A stretch of 64,000 nucleotides of DNA from Longimicrobiales bacterium (lineage in GTDB: Bacteria; Gemmatimonadota; Gemmatimonadetes; Longimicrobiales; Gaopeijiaceae): NCBI GenBank assembly GCA_965204735.1, contig OZ242008.1, positions 3,936,001 through 4,000,000 of the forward strand, read 5' to 3'. The notes under the pieces were generated by a model, which was given only the letters and a program-made list of their open reading frames with translations, was not told the DNA's origin and ran no database searches. The translations under genes and the position numbers were made by a program. Shown here piece by piece: positions 1 to 9,911 of the stretch (positions within the stretch are counted from its first letter, which is position 1; each line of letters begins with the position of its first letter).

Positions 1-571
1 ACCGAGCACGCAACGGCCTCCTCATGGTCAACCCGTTGAACCGGACGACCGTGAGCCGCGGAAGCGCTGGGGAATCCGGCCGCGCGGCGATTCTGCGAGT
101 TGGATTCGGTGGGGACGACATCTCGACGCGCACCGTCCTGCAGGCGTGGTCGCCCGTACCGATGCCGCGGGGGCTGAGGGACTTCGAGCCGAACCTGAAC
201 TTCGATGCCTTTCCCGACGGAACGATCGTGTACTCCGATTCGTCGGCCTACTCGATCAAGGTCGCAACCCCGAACGGCGATCTCGTGCGCGTCATGCGAC
301 GCCCCGTCTTTCCGACGGCGGTCACGGCTCGCCATCGCGAAGCCGGTGCCGAGGCGCTCCGTCGCACGCTGGAGGAAGCACCGTGGACGACTATGTTCCG
401 GGTCCGGTGGACCTGCTCCTGGCAACGGGCGACTACGTCGGAACCTTCGACCCGAGCGACCTTCCGATGCCGATGGCCCTGGGGCCGGACGGTCTGGCCG
501 CGTTTCTCGAACTGGATGCGCTGGAAGTCCCGACCGTGGTGGTTCGGAGGCTCTCGACCGAGCTTCGTTAG
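1..571 (+). pseudogene. 3' part of a 6-bladed beta-propeller (NHL-like) protein, frameshifted near 385 and probably internally deleted
   Basis: The frame of ORF 24..674 reads as plausible protein up to RRTLEEAPW (FDAFPDGTIVYSDSSAYSIKV). The plausible C-terminus (GPVDLLLATGDYVGTF...GPDGLAAFLELDALEVPTVVVRRL*) is in another frame ending at 571. The 5' end lies outside the window. Confidence 0.6.
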
Positions 572-736
572 TCCGCGCCGCACCGCACGGGGCGAGCTGC
601 TCAGTGGGACAGACCGGGGCCGCCCGACCTCACGTGGGTCCCTTTGTCGCTGTCGCTGCCCGGGCGTACCTTGATTGGGGATTGGTCCCCGCGCCCCGGC
701 CCCCGTCCAACTTGATCGTCCACCCGGGAAGAACAA

Positions 737-1954
737 ATGAGCTTGGCACTTCGCCCTGGTCCCTTGAAGCGAGTCCGGGACGCTCTCGCGCTCGCGCTCC
801 CGCTTGCCGTCGCTGCCGGCTGCGCCTCCGGCGGGTCGGGCGCCCCGACCACGGAGGTCGCGCCGGCGGCAGGACCCGCGGATCAGCAGACGGCCGACCG
901 ACCGGCCCAGGCCCAACCGGCGGAACCGGCGAGCCAAGCGGACGCCCCCGGCCCCGGAGACGCCGCTCCGGCGTGCTTCGACCGGGCCACCCAGCCCCAC
1001 ACCTCCATCGCCGACGCCCACATCCACTTCCGTCCCTTCAACGGCCCCGCAATTCCCTTCGACGAAGTGGTCGGCTACCTGGAGGCGGCCGGCGTGCGCT
1101 TCGCCACCGTGATGGGCATCGGCCAAGTGCTGCCCGCGTCTTCGCCCTGCACGTACTACCTGGACTGCCCCGGAACCCCCGTCTCGCCCTCGCTGCGGAA
1201 CGACTTTGCCAACGCGACCGCCTTTGCCGAGAACCCGCCGGCCAGCGTGCAATTGGCCCTGGCGATGACGTTCCCGGACATCTCCCAACCGAACTCGATC
1301 CTCGACGGAATCGCCTTGCTGGACAAGGAGTTCCCTGGGATGTTCCCGTGGATGGGCGAGGTCAACTTGGTCAAGCAGGCAATGTACGGGAACCATCACG
1401 AAGCCGTGGCGGCCGACGGCATCGACGACTGGGCGCCCTTCATGAGCGTCTTGCGGGAACGAGACATGCCCTTGTCGATTCACGCCGACCTGGGCAGCAA
1501 CGAAGCGCCGACCGAGCACCTTCCGCTGCTGGAACGCGTGCTGAGCCTCTACCCCTCGAACAAGATCGTGTGGATGCACATGGGCCTGTCGCTCGAGCTC
1601 ACCGACATGGACGCGGAGCACCACGTCGCGCTGCTCGAGCGGCTTCTGGGCGACCATCCGAACCTCTACTTGGACATCTCGTGGCGCATCGTGCACGACC
1701 ATTACTTCATCCAGCCCGAGGAGCGCGCCGTCTACGTGGCGTTCTTCAACGCGCACTCCGAGCGAATCCTGACCGGCACCGACTTCCTGGCCTCGCGGAA
1801 CAAGGACTTCGAGACGTACAAGGAGGAGCTGGCGGTGACGAGCAGCATCAACCAGGACCTGAGCGACGAAGCGTTCCGAGACATCGCCCTGGGCCAGAGC
1901 TACGCCCGCCTGCTGAACCTCGACTACGAGGCGCCGACGATCTGTCGGGGGTAG
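737..1954 (+). CDS. Amidohydrolase-family lipoprotein (Amidohydro_2-like)
   Basis: Lipobox LAVAAGC, Pro/Ala linker, DAHIH metal motif, IHAD, WMHMG, LYLDISW, ILTGTDF. Confidence 0.8.
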   Translation: MSLALRPGPLKRVRDALALALPLAVAAGCASGGSGAPTTEVAPAAGPADQQTADRPAQAQPAEPASQADAPGPGDAAPACFDRATQPHTSIADAHIHFRPFNGPAIPFDEVVGYLEAAGVRFATVMGIGQVLPASSPCTYYLDCPGTPVSPSLRNDFANATAFAENPPASVQLALAMTFPDISQPNSILDGIALLDKEFPGMFPWMGEVNLVKQAMYGNHHEAVAADGIDDWAPFMSVLRERDMPLSIHADLGSNEAPTEHLPLLERVLSLYPSNKIVWMHMGLSLELTDMDAEHHVALLERLLGDHPNLYLDISWRIVHDHYFIQPEERAVYVAFFNAHSERILTGTDFLASRNKDFETYKEELAVTSSINQDLSDEAFRDIALGQSYARLLNLDYEAPTICRG

Positions 1955-2153
1955 TCGGGGGTCGCGCCCACAGAGCTTCCCTGCCCGATCCGAACGCCCG
2001 GTAGACGGCGACGCTTCATTGGGGCCGCAGCTCCGACGACCGCAATGTCCGGCGGTCCGCTTGCCCCTCGCCACTTGCCCCTTCCATCGCTCGTTTCCAC
2101 TATGTCCGCGTCCTGCTTGCAGTCGCCACGACGATCCAAGAGGCAACGCATCC

Positions 2154-4811
2154 ATGTCCAAGACCCGCTCTTCCCGCCCGCGCCAAGCGACGACCGCCGC
2201 TCTCGGCGCCGTCCCCGGCATCGCCCTCTTCGCTTTCGTCGGGACGCCGGCGCCCCTGGCCGCCCAAGACCCCCTTCCCTCCATCGCCGAGAAGACCGAA
2301 GGCGCCGAGGCCGTCGAGGGCTTCTTCGACCTCTACTGGGACGACGCGAAGGGGGTCCTCTATTGGGAACTCGACCCAAGCGCGGGAGAGTTCCTCTACC
2401 AAGTGTCGATGGGGTCGGGGCTGGGATCGAATCCGGTCGGCATCGACCGGGGTCAGCTGCGGGGCACCCATGTCCTTGAAGCCAAGCGGGTCGGGCCTCG
2501 AATCTTCCTGATGGAGCCCAACTACCGCTTCCAGGCGCGCAGCGACAACCCGACCGAGGTGCAGGCGGTGCGCGACGCCTTCGCGCCTTCGGTCTACTGG
2601 GGGTTCGACGTCGTCGCCGAGTCCGACGGCCGGGCGCTTGTGGACGCGACGCCGTTCTTCGTCCGCGACGCCCGAGGCGCGGCCGCCCAGATGGCCCAGC
2701 GCGGCCAGGGCAGCTTCCAGCTCGACCGCTCCCGTTCGGCGCTCCACATGCCCGCCACGCGATCGTACCCGGACAACACCGAAGTCGAAGCGCTGCTCAC
2801 CTTCACCAGCGACAACCCGGGCGGCCTGGTCCGGGGCGTCGCCGTCAATCCGCAAGCCGTCACCCTGCGGCAGCATCACTCGTTCGTCCGCCTCCCCGAC
2901 GACGGCTACAAGACCCGCATTGCCGACCCCCGCATCGGCGTGAACGGCCCTACGATCTACGACTACGCGACCCCCATCGACCAGGACTTGCGCATCCGCT
3001 TGGCCGCTCGCCACCGGCTCCAGAAGGCCGACCCCGGAGCGGAGCCCTCGGCACCTGTCGAGCCCATTGTGTACTACGTGGACCCGGGCACGCCCGAGCC
3101 GGTGCGCAGCGCACTCGTCGAGGGAGCGCGCTGGTGGGCCGACGCATTCGAGGCTGCTGGGTTCGTCGACGCCTACCGGGTCGAAGTCCTGCCCGAGGGA
3201 GTGGACCCCCAGGACATTCGCTACAACATGATCCACTGGACTCATCGGCGGACCCGCGGATACTCGTACGGCAACACCGTCACGGACCCGCGCACCGGCG
3301 AGATCATCCGGGGCGTAGTGAACCTGGGCAGCCTGAGGCTTCGGCAGGACTACCTCTTGGCCCAGGGAATGACCGCTCCTTTCCCGGGCGGCAGCGCCTC
3401 GCCGGACGGCGGCGGGCTCTTCGGAGCGGGCGGAGGGTTCGACCTCCACCTCGGCCTCGACGCGGACCACGACGACGCATGCATGGCCGCCGCGCCGGTC
3501 TTCGAGTACTTGGCCCAGGCCGCGAGCAACGGCGACGCCGTCGAGATGGCCCTGGACCGAGTGCGTCAGCTGTCGGCCCACGAAGTCGGCCACACGCTGG
3601 GCTTCCCGCACAACTACTTGGCAAGCGCCTACGGGCGGGAAAGCGTGATGGACTACCCTGCGCCTCTCGTCGAGATCGCCGGGGGCGAGCTGGACTTGTC
3701 CAACGCCTACGTGCAGCGCATCGGCGAGTACGACAAGCTGGCCGTCAACTGGCTCTATCGCGACTTCCCGGAAGGGACCGACGAAGCCGCCGCCCTCGAG
3801 GAGATCGTCATGCAGGGGATCCGCGACGGTCTCGAGTTCATGGCCCACAACAACAACAACTTCGTCGGCGCGGCCCATCAGTTCGCCAGCGTGTGGGACA
3901 ACGGCGAAAACTTGGTGGACCACCTGGAGCACGAGCTTCGCGTGCGCGAGATCGGCATGGAGCGCTTCGGCGCCGACGCAATCCGCGCAGGCCGGCCGCT
4001 TTCCGATCTCGAATACGTTCTGTTGCCGCTGTACATGCACCACCGCTTCCAGCTCCGTTCGGCGGCTCAGAGCCTGGGCGGCGCCAACTACCGCTACGCC
4101 CTGCGCGGCGACGGTCAGGTCGCCGTGGAGATCGTGCCCGGCGACGAGCAGCGGCGAGCCCTCGAAGCCGTCTTGTCCACGCTGACCGTGGACTTCCTTG
4201 CGCTGCCCAAGGACCTGGTCGGTCGAGTTCCGCCCCCCGCCTTCCGTCATCAAGAGGGCGAGTCCTTCCCTGGGCGCACGGGGCTGCTCTTCGATCCCAT
4301 CTCCGCCGCCGCAGCCTCGGCGGACTTCTCCGTCGGCGAGATCCTGCACCCGGCCCGGATGGCGCGACTGGTCGGCTACGGCAGCATGGACGAGGACTAC
4401 CCGAACCTGGAGGAAGTGACGGATCGACTGATCGAGGCGACGTGGGACGCCGACAAGCCCGACGACGAATACGAGCTGCAGGTGCTGCACGCGATTCAGC
4501 GCGCCGTGGTGGACCGGATGATGCGGCACGCAAGCAGCGAGGCCTCGGCGCCCGAAGTGCGCGCGGTTCTCTCGGACCGTCTCGACCGACTGGCCGGACG
4601 GCTGGAAGGGCTGACCGAAGGAAGCACGGGGCTGGGCCGCTTGGCGGGCCGCCTGGGCGGCCGCGTCGCCGGCGACCGGCTGGACAAGTCGCCCCACGAG
4701 CGTCTCGTCCACGCCGACATCCGCCGCTGGCAGGCCCGGATCGAGAACACGGTGCCGGCCCAGGCGTTGCCGCTTCCGGCAGGCGACCCGATCGGGGGCA
4801 GCAACCGGTAG
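2154..4811 (+). CDS. Exported zinc-dependent metalloprotease (DUF5117/DUF4953, EcxA-like)
   Basis: Signal peptide, DPRTGEII, HEVGHTLGFPHN zincin motif, SVMDY Met-turn. AAGAGG RBS before ATG 2154. Confidence 0.88.
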   Translation: MSKTRSSRPRQATTAALGAVPGIALFAFVGTPAPLAAQDPLPSIAEKTEGAEAVEGFFDLYWDDAKGVLYWELDPSAGEFLYQVSMGSGLGSNPVGIDRGQLRGTHVLEAKRVGPRIFLMEPNYRFQARSDNPTEVQAVRDAFAPSVYWGFDVVAESDGRALVDATPFFVRDARGAAAQMAQRGQGSFQLDRSRSALHMPATRSYPDNTEVEALLTFTSDNPGGLVRGVAVNPQAVTLRQHHSFVRLPDDGYKTRIADPRIGVNGPTIYDYATPIDQDLRIRLAARHRLQKADPGAEPSAPVEPIVYYVDPGTPEPVRSALVEGARWWADAFEAAGFVDAYRVEVLPEGVDPQDIRYNMIHWTHRRTRGYSYGNTVTDPRTGEIIRGVVNLGSLRLRQDYLLAQGMTAPFPGGSASPDGGGLFGAGGGFDLHLGLDADHDDACMAAAPVFEYLAQAASNGDAVEMALDRVRQLSAHEVGHTLGFPHNYLASAYGRESVMDYPAPLVEIAGGELDLSNAYVQRIGEYDKLAVNWLYRDFPEGTDEAAALEEIVMQGIRDGLEFMAHNNNNFVGAAHQFASVWDNGENLVDHLEHELRVREIGMERFGADAIRAGRPLSDLEYVLLPLYMHHRFQLRSAAQSLGGANYRYALRGDGQVAVEIVPGDEQRRALEAVLSTLTVDFLALPKDLVGRVPPPAFRHQEGESFPGRTGLLFDPISAAAASADFSVGEILHPARMARLVGYGSMDEDYPNLEEVTDRLIEATWDADKPDDEYELQVLHAIQRAVVDRMMRHASSEASAPEVRAVLSDRLDRLAGRLEGLTEGSTGLGRLAGRLGGRVAGDRLDKSPHERLVHADIRRWQARIENTVPAQALPLPAGDPIGGSNR

Positions 4812-4923
4812 GGGAGAAAACGGCCGGCGCTCGTCCTGAGGGCAGACGCCAGCCGCAATCGCCCTCGCTGCCGCCACGGGGACCGTCTTCGGTCTCCGTC
4901 CGGGCCGGCGGCCGCGACGCGGC

Positions 4924-5436
4924 CTACTCCGCCCTGAAGCCGCACCCCCTGTGGCTGCCGTCGCAGAACGGCTTGGTCGCCGACTCCCCGCAACGGCACA
5001 GGGCGCCTTTGCTTCCGCGGGACGTGCCGCCGTCCTCGCCGACCACCGTCAACGGACCTCGGACCAGCAACGGCCCGTTGGTCGCGCATGCGATCGTCAC
5101 CGCATCGACCGCCTCGCGGGCCTGGGCGGCCCCGTCCCGAACGGCATCGGCGCCGGTCCGGCCCGCGTCGGTCCGGCCTGCGCCACCACCGGCGTCGGTC
5201 CCGCCCACGCCGCCGCCCTTGTCGGGCACCAGCCGCCCGCCCTGAATCATGCCCGGGTCGGCGAAGCCCGCGCCGTGGTGGGAGTCGTCGCAGAACGGCT
5301 TTGCCCGGGACGCCCCGCACCTGCACAAGAACGCTTCGTTCGTCTCTTCGACGGCGCCGTCCGCAGGCTCGATCCGAATCCGCCCCGTCAGGTGCAGCGG
5401 TCCGTCGGGCGCCACCCTGCACATGTTCTCGTTCAT
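4924..5436 (-). CDS. Double CDGSH iron-sulfur domain protein
   Basis: Two motifs, LCRCGASRAKPFCDDSH and LCRCGESATKPFCDGSH, each preceded by a (D/N)GPL strand. Confidence 0.92.
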   Translation of the reverse strand: MNENMCRVAPDGPLHLTGRIRIEPADGAVEETNEAFLCRCGASRAKPFCDDSHHGAGFADPGMIQGGRLVPDKGGGVGGTDAGGGAGRTDAGRTGADAVRDGAAQAREAVDAVTIACATNGPLLVRGPLTVVGEDGGTSRGSKGALCRCGESATKPFCDGSHRGCGFRAE

Positions 5437-5437
5437 T

Positions 5438-7135
5438 TCACATTCTCCGGTAGCGGGGGCCGCTGCCGCCTTCGCGGGGCGACCACCGAGGGCCCAGGAC
5501 GTCGGTGGCCCTGCAATCGATGCAGTTGGGCGCGTTCACGACGAGACGCGCGCCGTCACGCTGATACACGCCCGCCGGGCACAGATGAACGTACATCTCG
5601 GCGACTTCGGGCGGCACGTCCTCGGCAGTGGCGAGATGGGACGGGATGTCGTCGCGGGTCCGGTTCCCGCTCTTGAACACGGCGTCCGCCTTGGAGACGG
5701 CGAGAGGTCCCCTTGCGTCCACCGACTTGCCCATCCTCTTGGGCTCCGACGCGTCGGTTCCCGTCCGAATTCTTCCCGCGGGCAGCCTTCCCCGCGTCAG
5801 CGTCGCCAGCCCGGCCCTTGCAGAGCCCATGACGAAGCCGCTCTTGAAGGCCAAGCGCATGCTGCGGTTCCGTCGCAAGTCCTTCGCGATGAACGACCTG
5901 TCCGCATCTTCCGTGCACGACGCCAGCGCTTCCGCGGAGAAGTCGTCCCTGCACAGCGCCCGATAGGCCGCGCGAGCTGCCAGCATCCCCGAATGCATGG
6001 CGTAGTGGACGCCCTTGAGCGTGGCCACGTCCACGTAGCCGGCCGCGTCTCCCGCGATGCACAAGCCGGCGCCGTGACGTCGGGCCGGGAGCGAATGGAA
6101 GCCTCCTTCCGGGATCGTCTTCGCGCCCCACTCCAGAAGCTCGCCCCCGTCGAGGACGCTGCGATGCAAGGGGTGATGCTTGAGCCGCTGAAGCAGTCCG
6201 TGCACGTCGAGGCGGGCGTTCTCGCCGTCGAGGCTGGCGACCAACCCCAGCGCCACCAAGTTGTCGTCCAGAGGATACGCGAACGAGCCGCCGAAGGCCT
6301 CCCCGAGCAGCGGCCAGCCCATGGTGTGGACGACCCTGTCCAGCGGCTTCTTCACCTCCCAGAGCTCCTTGACTCCCAAGGAGTACATCTGGGGGTTGGG
6401 CGACTCGACGCCCTGCCACTTCAGGTAGGCCTGGGAGAGCGGTCCGCGAGCCCCTTCCGACAACACGGCGACCCGGGACGCCACGTCCACCGGCGGCATG
6501 AACGCGCCTCCTTCGCGGCCCTCCCGGTCCAGGCCCGAAGGCGTCGTGCGCACGCCGACCACGTGGTCGCCGTCCACCAGCAGGCTGGCCACCGGAAAGC
6601 CCGGCAGGATGCTCACGCCCGCCTCTTCGGCCCGCTCTCCCAGCCAGCGGACGATCTCGCAGATCGAGGCCACGTAGTTGCCGTGGTTGCGCATCGTCGG
6701 CGGGGTCGGGACGCGGGTGGCGCCGCCCTCTCGAAGGAAGTAGACGGCCTCCCGCTCCACGGGCCGGCGAAACGGGAACTCCGAATCGGGCGTTCCCGGG
6801 AAGAGCTCCCGGAAGGCGCGAGGGTCGACCACCGCGCCGGAGAGGTTGTGCTCGCCCAACCCCTCCGCCTTCTCCAGCACGGCGATCTCGACCTCGGCCG
6901 GCCCGCTCCCGGCCTTCGCCCCCTCGGCCGCCAGGCGCGCCAGCTCGATCGCCCCTGCCAGCCCTGCCGGACCCGCTCCCACGAACACCACGTCCATGGG
7001 CACCGCTTCCGCGTCGGGCGCGCCGTGCACGATGAAGCGGTCCTGCCTCAGCCCGGGCTGGTGACGCGCCGGACGAACGACGGCGCCGGCGGGGATCCGT
7101 TCTTCGGACAACGCGGAGCGTCCTGTGTGGCTCAT
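5438..7135 (-). CDS. Electron transfer flavoprotein-ubiquinone oxidoreductase (ETF-QO/FixC-like)
   Basis: VGAGPAGL FAD motif, HNLSGAV, GVKELW, GAKTIPEGG, GDAAG, KGVHYAMHSG, C-terminal CPAGVY and WSPREGGSGP. Confidence 0.9.
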   Translation of the reverse strand: MSHTGRSALSEERIPAGAVVRPARHQPGLRQDRFIVHGAPDAEAVPMDVVFVGAGPAGLAGAIELARLAAEGAKAGSGPAEVEIAVLEKAEGLGEHNLSGAVVDPRAFRELFPGTPDSEFPFRRPVEREAVYFLREGGATRVPTPPTMRNHGNYVASICEIVRWLGERAEEAGVSILPGFPVASLLVDGDHVVGVRTTPSGLDREGREGGAFMPPVDVASRVAVLSEGARGPLSQAYLKWQGVESPNPQMYSLGVKELWEVKKPLDRVVHTMGWPLLGEAFGGSFAYPLDDNLVALGLVASLDGENARLDVHGLLQRLKHHPLHRSVLDGGELLEWGAKTIPEGGFHSLPARRHGAGLCIAGDAAGYVDVATLKGVHYAMHSGMLAARAAYRALCRDDFSAEALASCTEDADRSFIAKDLRRNRSMRLAFKSGFVMGSARAGLATLTRGRLPAGRIRTGTDASEPKRMGKSVDARGPLAVSKADAVFKSGNRTRDDIPSHLATAEDVPPEVAEMYVHLCPAGVYQRDGARLVVNAPNCIDCRATDVLGPRWSPREGGSGPRYRRM

Positions 7136-7208
7136 GGGGTCGCAGGAGGGGACCGCATTCGCGAGTCGCAGGACCCGAGAGGGCGGGCCGCCTTGCCGAA
7201 AGTCCAAC

Positions 7209-8351
7209 CTAACACGACGGCCCGATCCCCGAAGCCCATTGCCGCGCCAGCTCCCCGATCTTCTGCTGGGCGACGGGAAGGGGCAGGTCGTCCAGGCCCA
7301 GGAGGCCCGGCCGGACGGCTTGGTCGCGAGTCTCCGCCGGCCGATCCAGCGCTTCCTTCGCGCACTCGACCACCACCGGACGGTAGACGGCGCGCAGGTG
7401 CGTGAACGAGTGCCTCACGGGCTCGAGCGCCGCCACGGCCCGGCCGACGACCCTGAGTTCGGACAGACGCCGGAGGGCCGCGTCCGCAACGGCGGCGCGG
7501 GTGGTCGGCGACTCGTCCATGGCGCGTTCGGACAGGGGGCCGTCCCCGCCGTCCGCCGCCAGCTCCCTGGCGGGAAACTCCCAAGTCCCTGCCAGCAGTC
7601 CCTGGGCCGGGCGTCGCGTCAGCAGCGTTCGCCCCGCCTCGTCCAGCGCCACGGCGACGGCGTAGCTGGCACGGCGCGGCCTGCGCCTCGGGCGCGGCAA
7701 TGGTCGATCGGGCGCCGTCCCCGCCGCTCGGGCCCGGCACCATCGCGCCACTGGACACGCCCCGCAGGAAGGCCGCCTGGGCGTGCACACCGTGGCGCCA
7801 AGCTCCATCATCGCCTCGTTGAAGTCGCCTGGGCGGCTCGGGTCCACGAGACGGGCCGCTTCGGCCCGCAGGCGCGCAGGCGACGGGTCGCCCTCGTCGA
7901 GAAGGCGGCCGAGCACCCGTCGGACATTCCCGTCCACCGCCGCGATGGGCAGGCCGAACGCGATGCTTGCCACCGCCCCGGCGGTGTACTCTCCCACGCC
8001 CGGCAGCCTCCGAAGCGCCGCCGGATCGCGGGGCAGGCGGCCTCCGTGCCGCTCGCGAACCAGCGTCGCGGTCCTGTGCAGGTTCCGGGCGCGAGCGTAG
8101 TAGCCGAGCCCCTTCCACTGCCGCATCACGTCGTCCCAGGAGGCGTCGGCCAGCTCCTCCCAGCCTGGGAAGCGCCGAACCCACCGGACGTAGTAGGGCA
8201 CAACCGTCTCCGCGCGCGTCTGCTGAAGCATGAACTCGGAGACCAGCACCCGGTAGGGCGTGCGCTGCGAGCGCCAGGGCAGGTCGCGACGCGTGCGCTC
8301 GAAGTGGTCCAAGAGGGCCTTGCGGAACTCGTCCCGGTCCGGCGCCCGCAC
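7209..8351 (-). CDS. mutY: A/G-specific adenine glycosylase MutY
   Basis: RDLPWR, SEFMLQQT, WKGLGYYARA, LPGVGEYTAGA (HhH), VDGNVRRV, CTPRRPSCGACPVARWC Fe-S motif, NUDIX-like tail. GTG start after GGAGG. Confidence 0.95.
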   Translation of the reverse strand: MRAPDRDEFRKALLDHFERTRRDLPWRSQRTPYRVLVSEFMLQQTRAETVVPYYVRWVRRFPGWEELADASWDDVMRQWKGLGYYARARNLHRTATLVRERHGGRLPRDPAALRRLPGVGEYTAGAVASIAFGLPIAAVDGNVRRVLGRLLDEGDPSPARLRAEAARLVDPSRPGDFNEAMMELGATVCTPRRPSCGACPVARWCRARAAGTAPDRPLPRPRRRPRRASYAVAVALDEAGRTLLTRRPAQGLLAGTWEFPARELAADGGDGPLSERAMDESPTTRAAVADAALRRLSELRVVGRAVAALEPVRHSFTHLRAVYRPVVVECAKEALDRPAETRDQAVRPGLLGLDDLPLPVAQQKIGELARQWASGIGPSC

Positions 8352-8356
8352 CCTGC

Positions 8357-9742
8357 CTACGCCTCCTCCAGCATCCCGGCGCCGACCGTCTTCGCCCCCC
8401 GCGTTCGGAGCTCCGGCACCAACTCGCCTCGACACCGGTGCATCAGAAACGCCCCCTCCACGGCAAGTCCCAGGACCGCCAGGCCGACTCCAAGCAAGGC
8501 TCCTCTGGACGGGTCGGCGCCGGCGCCCCCCAGCAGCAGCGCCACCGCAGCCACGACGATGCTCGACACCCGCAGCACCGCGCCCGCGCCGACGACGCCC
8601 GTTCGGTCGAAGCCCACGAAGAGTCCCTGATGGAACTGCCGGACCCCGTACAGGAGCGGGTACGCCGCGGCCATGGGCAGCGCCGTGCCGGCCAGCGCCA
8701 GCAGCTCCGGCTCCGATTCCAGGGCGAGGAGCCCTCCCAGAAGGGGTCCGCGGACCCCGGGCAACGAGAGGAGAAGGATCGCTCCCGTCATCGCCAGCGC
8801 CAGGGCGCCGCCCCACGCCCGCACCCTCCGATACGCCTCCGAGCACCCCACCAAGGCAATGCTGGCGTGCTGGAGCTGCCCGACCGGCGCCGCCACGAAC
8901 CACCCGACCGCCTCCACGATGCCGAACGCCGCGATCGCCCGGTCCGGGTCGGCGGTGCGCGCCAGCACCACGTTGACGATCAGAGGAGTCGCCCACCACA
9001 TGAGCACGTTGAGCATGAGGGGAGCGGAGAACCGCGCCACCTTCTCGTCCCCGGCCGCGCCCTCGCCGCCTTCCAGCTCCAGCTCCGAGGTCGGCGACGC
9101 CATGACCACCAGGGTCTCCACCACCAGCCCGACGGTGAACGCGGCCGCGCCCAGCCACGCGCCCCCGCCCGTCGCAAGCATCCCGAACGCCACGGCGGCC
9201 AGGACGACCGTCCGCCCGGCGGTGGCAAAGGCGATCGGCCCGGTCCTGTGCCCCGCCACCAGTCGCCCCTGATGGCACGACCGCACCGCCGTCAGGAAGG
9301 GAGCGGGCCAAAGGAAGCTCATCGCCCCTACCGCTTCGTCCAGGACTTCGGGGCTCACGCCCCCGTCCGAGCCGGAACCGAGGAGCACGCCGAAGACCCA
9401 GGCGCCGACGGGCGTGTACGCGATCAGCGCGCCCACGAGCGAGAAGAAGGCGCCCGTCAGGTAGGCGAAGCGCTTGACGGCCCGGAAGGAGCCCTTCGCC
9501 AGGAGCCGGGCCGCCGCCACCTGCTGGACCACGAAGAGGGGGGCGTAGAGGACGCCGCAGACCGAGAAGGCGACCCCGTATCCCGCCAGGGCGGCGACGG
9601 GGTCGGTGGACCGCCCCAGCGCTGCCGCGAGGATGGGGTTGGTGCTGGTGAGCAGAAGGCTCGTGGCCGCCAGCGGCGCGTAGAATCGGGCGAAGCCGTC
9701 GGCGGTTACCGGCGAACTCGGAGCCGTCGCTCGATCCGTCAA
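8357..9742 (-). CDS. MATE-superfamily (ANKH-like) multi-pass membrane transporter
   Basis: About 12 hydrophobic segments and a two-fold internal repeat (RFYAPL...ALGRSTDPVAALAGYG / RFSAPL...VLARTADPDRAIAAFG). TTG start is uncertain. Confidence 0.72.
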   Translation of the reverse strand: MTDRATAPSSPVTADGFARFYAPLAATSLLLTSTNPILAAALGRSTDPVAALAGYGVAFSVCGVLYAPLFVVQQVAAARLLAKGSFRAVKRFAYLTGAFFSLVGALIAYTPVGAWVFGVLLGSGSDGGVSPEVLDEAVGAMSFLWPAPFLTAVRSCHQGRLVAGHRTGPIAFATAGRTVVLAAVAFGMLATGGGAWLGAAAFTVGLVVETLVVMASPTSELELEGGEGAAGDEKVARFSAPLMLNVLMWWATPLIVNVVLARTADPDRAIAAFGIVEAVGWFVAAPVGQLQHASIALVGCSEAYRRVRAWGGALALAMTGAILLLSLPGVRGPLLGGLLALESEPELLALAGTALPMAAAYPLLYGVRQFHQGLFVGFDRTGVVGAGAVLRVSSIVVAAVALLLGGAGADPSRGALLGVGLAVLGLAVEGAFLMHRCRGELVPELRTRGAKTVGAGMLEEA

Positions 9743-9911
9743 GCGGCCTCGCCGACGACGAGCCGCGCCGAGGCGGCCGGAGCGGGCTTCGTGGACGGAC
9801 TCCGGGGAGCGGGAGAATCTTCCAAGGCGGCCGGGCCTTCCACTACCCACGAGATTGTGGACTTTCTCATGCGTCTGCCGCGCACCGACCGCCCTTCCGA
9901 GAGCACCAGCA

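Noticed and set aside
9739..9870. 43-aa minus-strand ORF whose stop overlaps the transporter's TTG start (possible leader peptide)
   Set aside because: No clear RBS, low-complexity product and no independent support.
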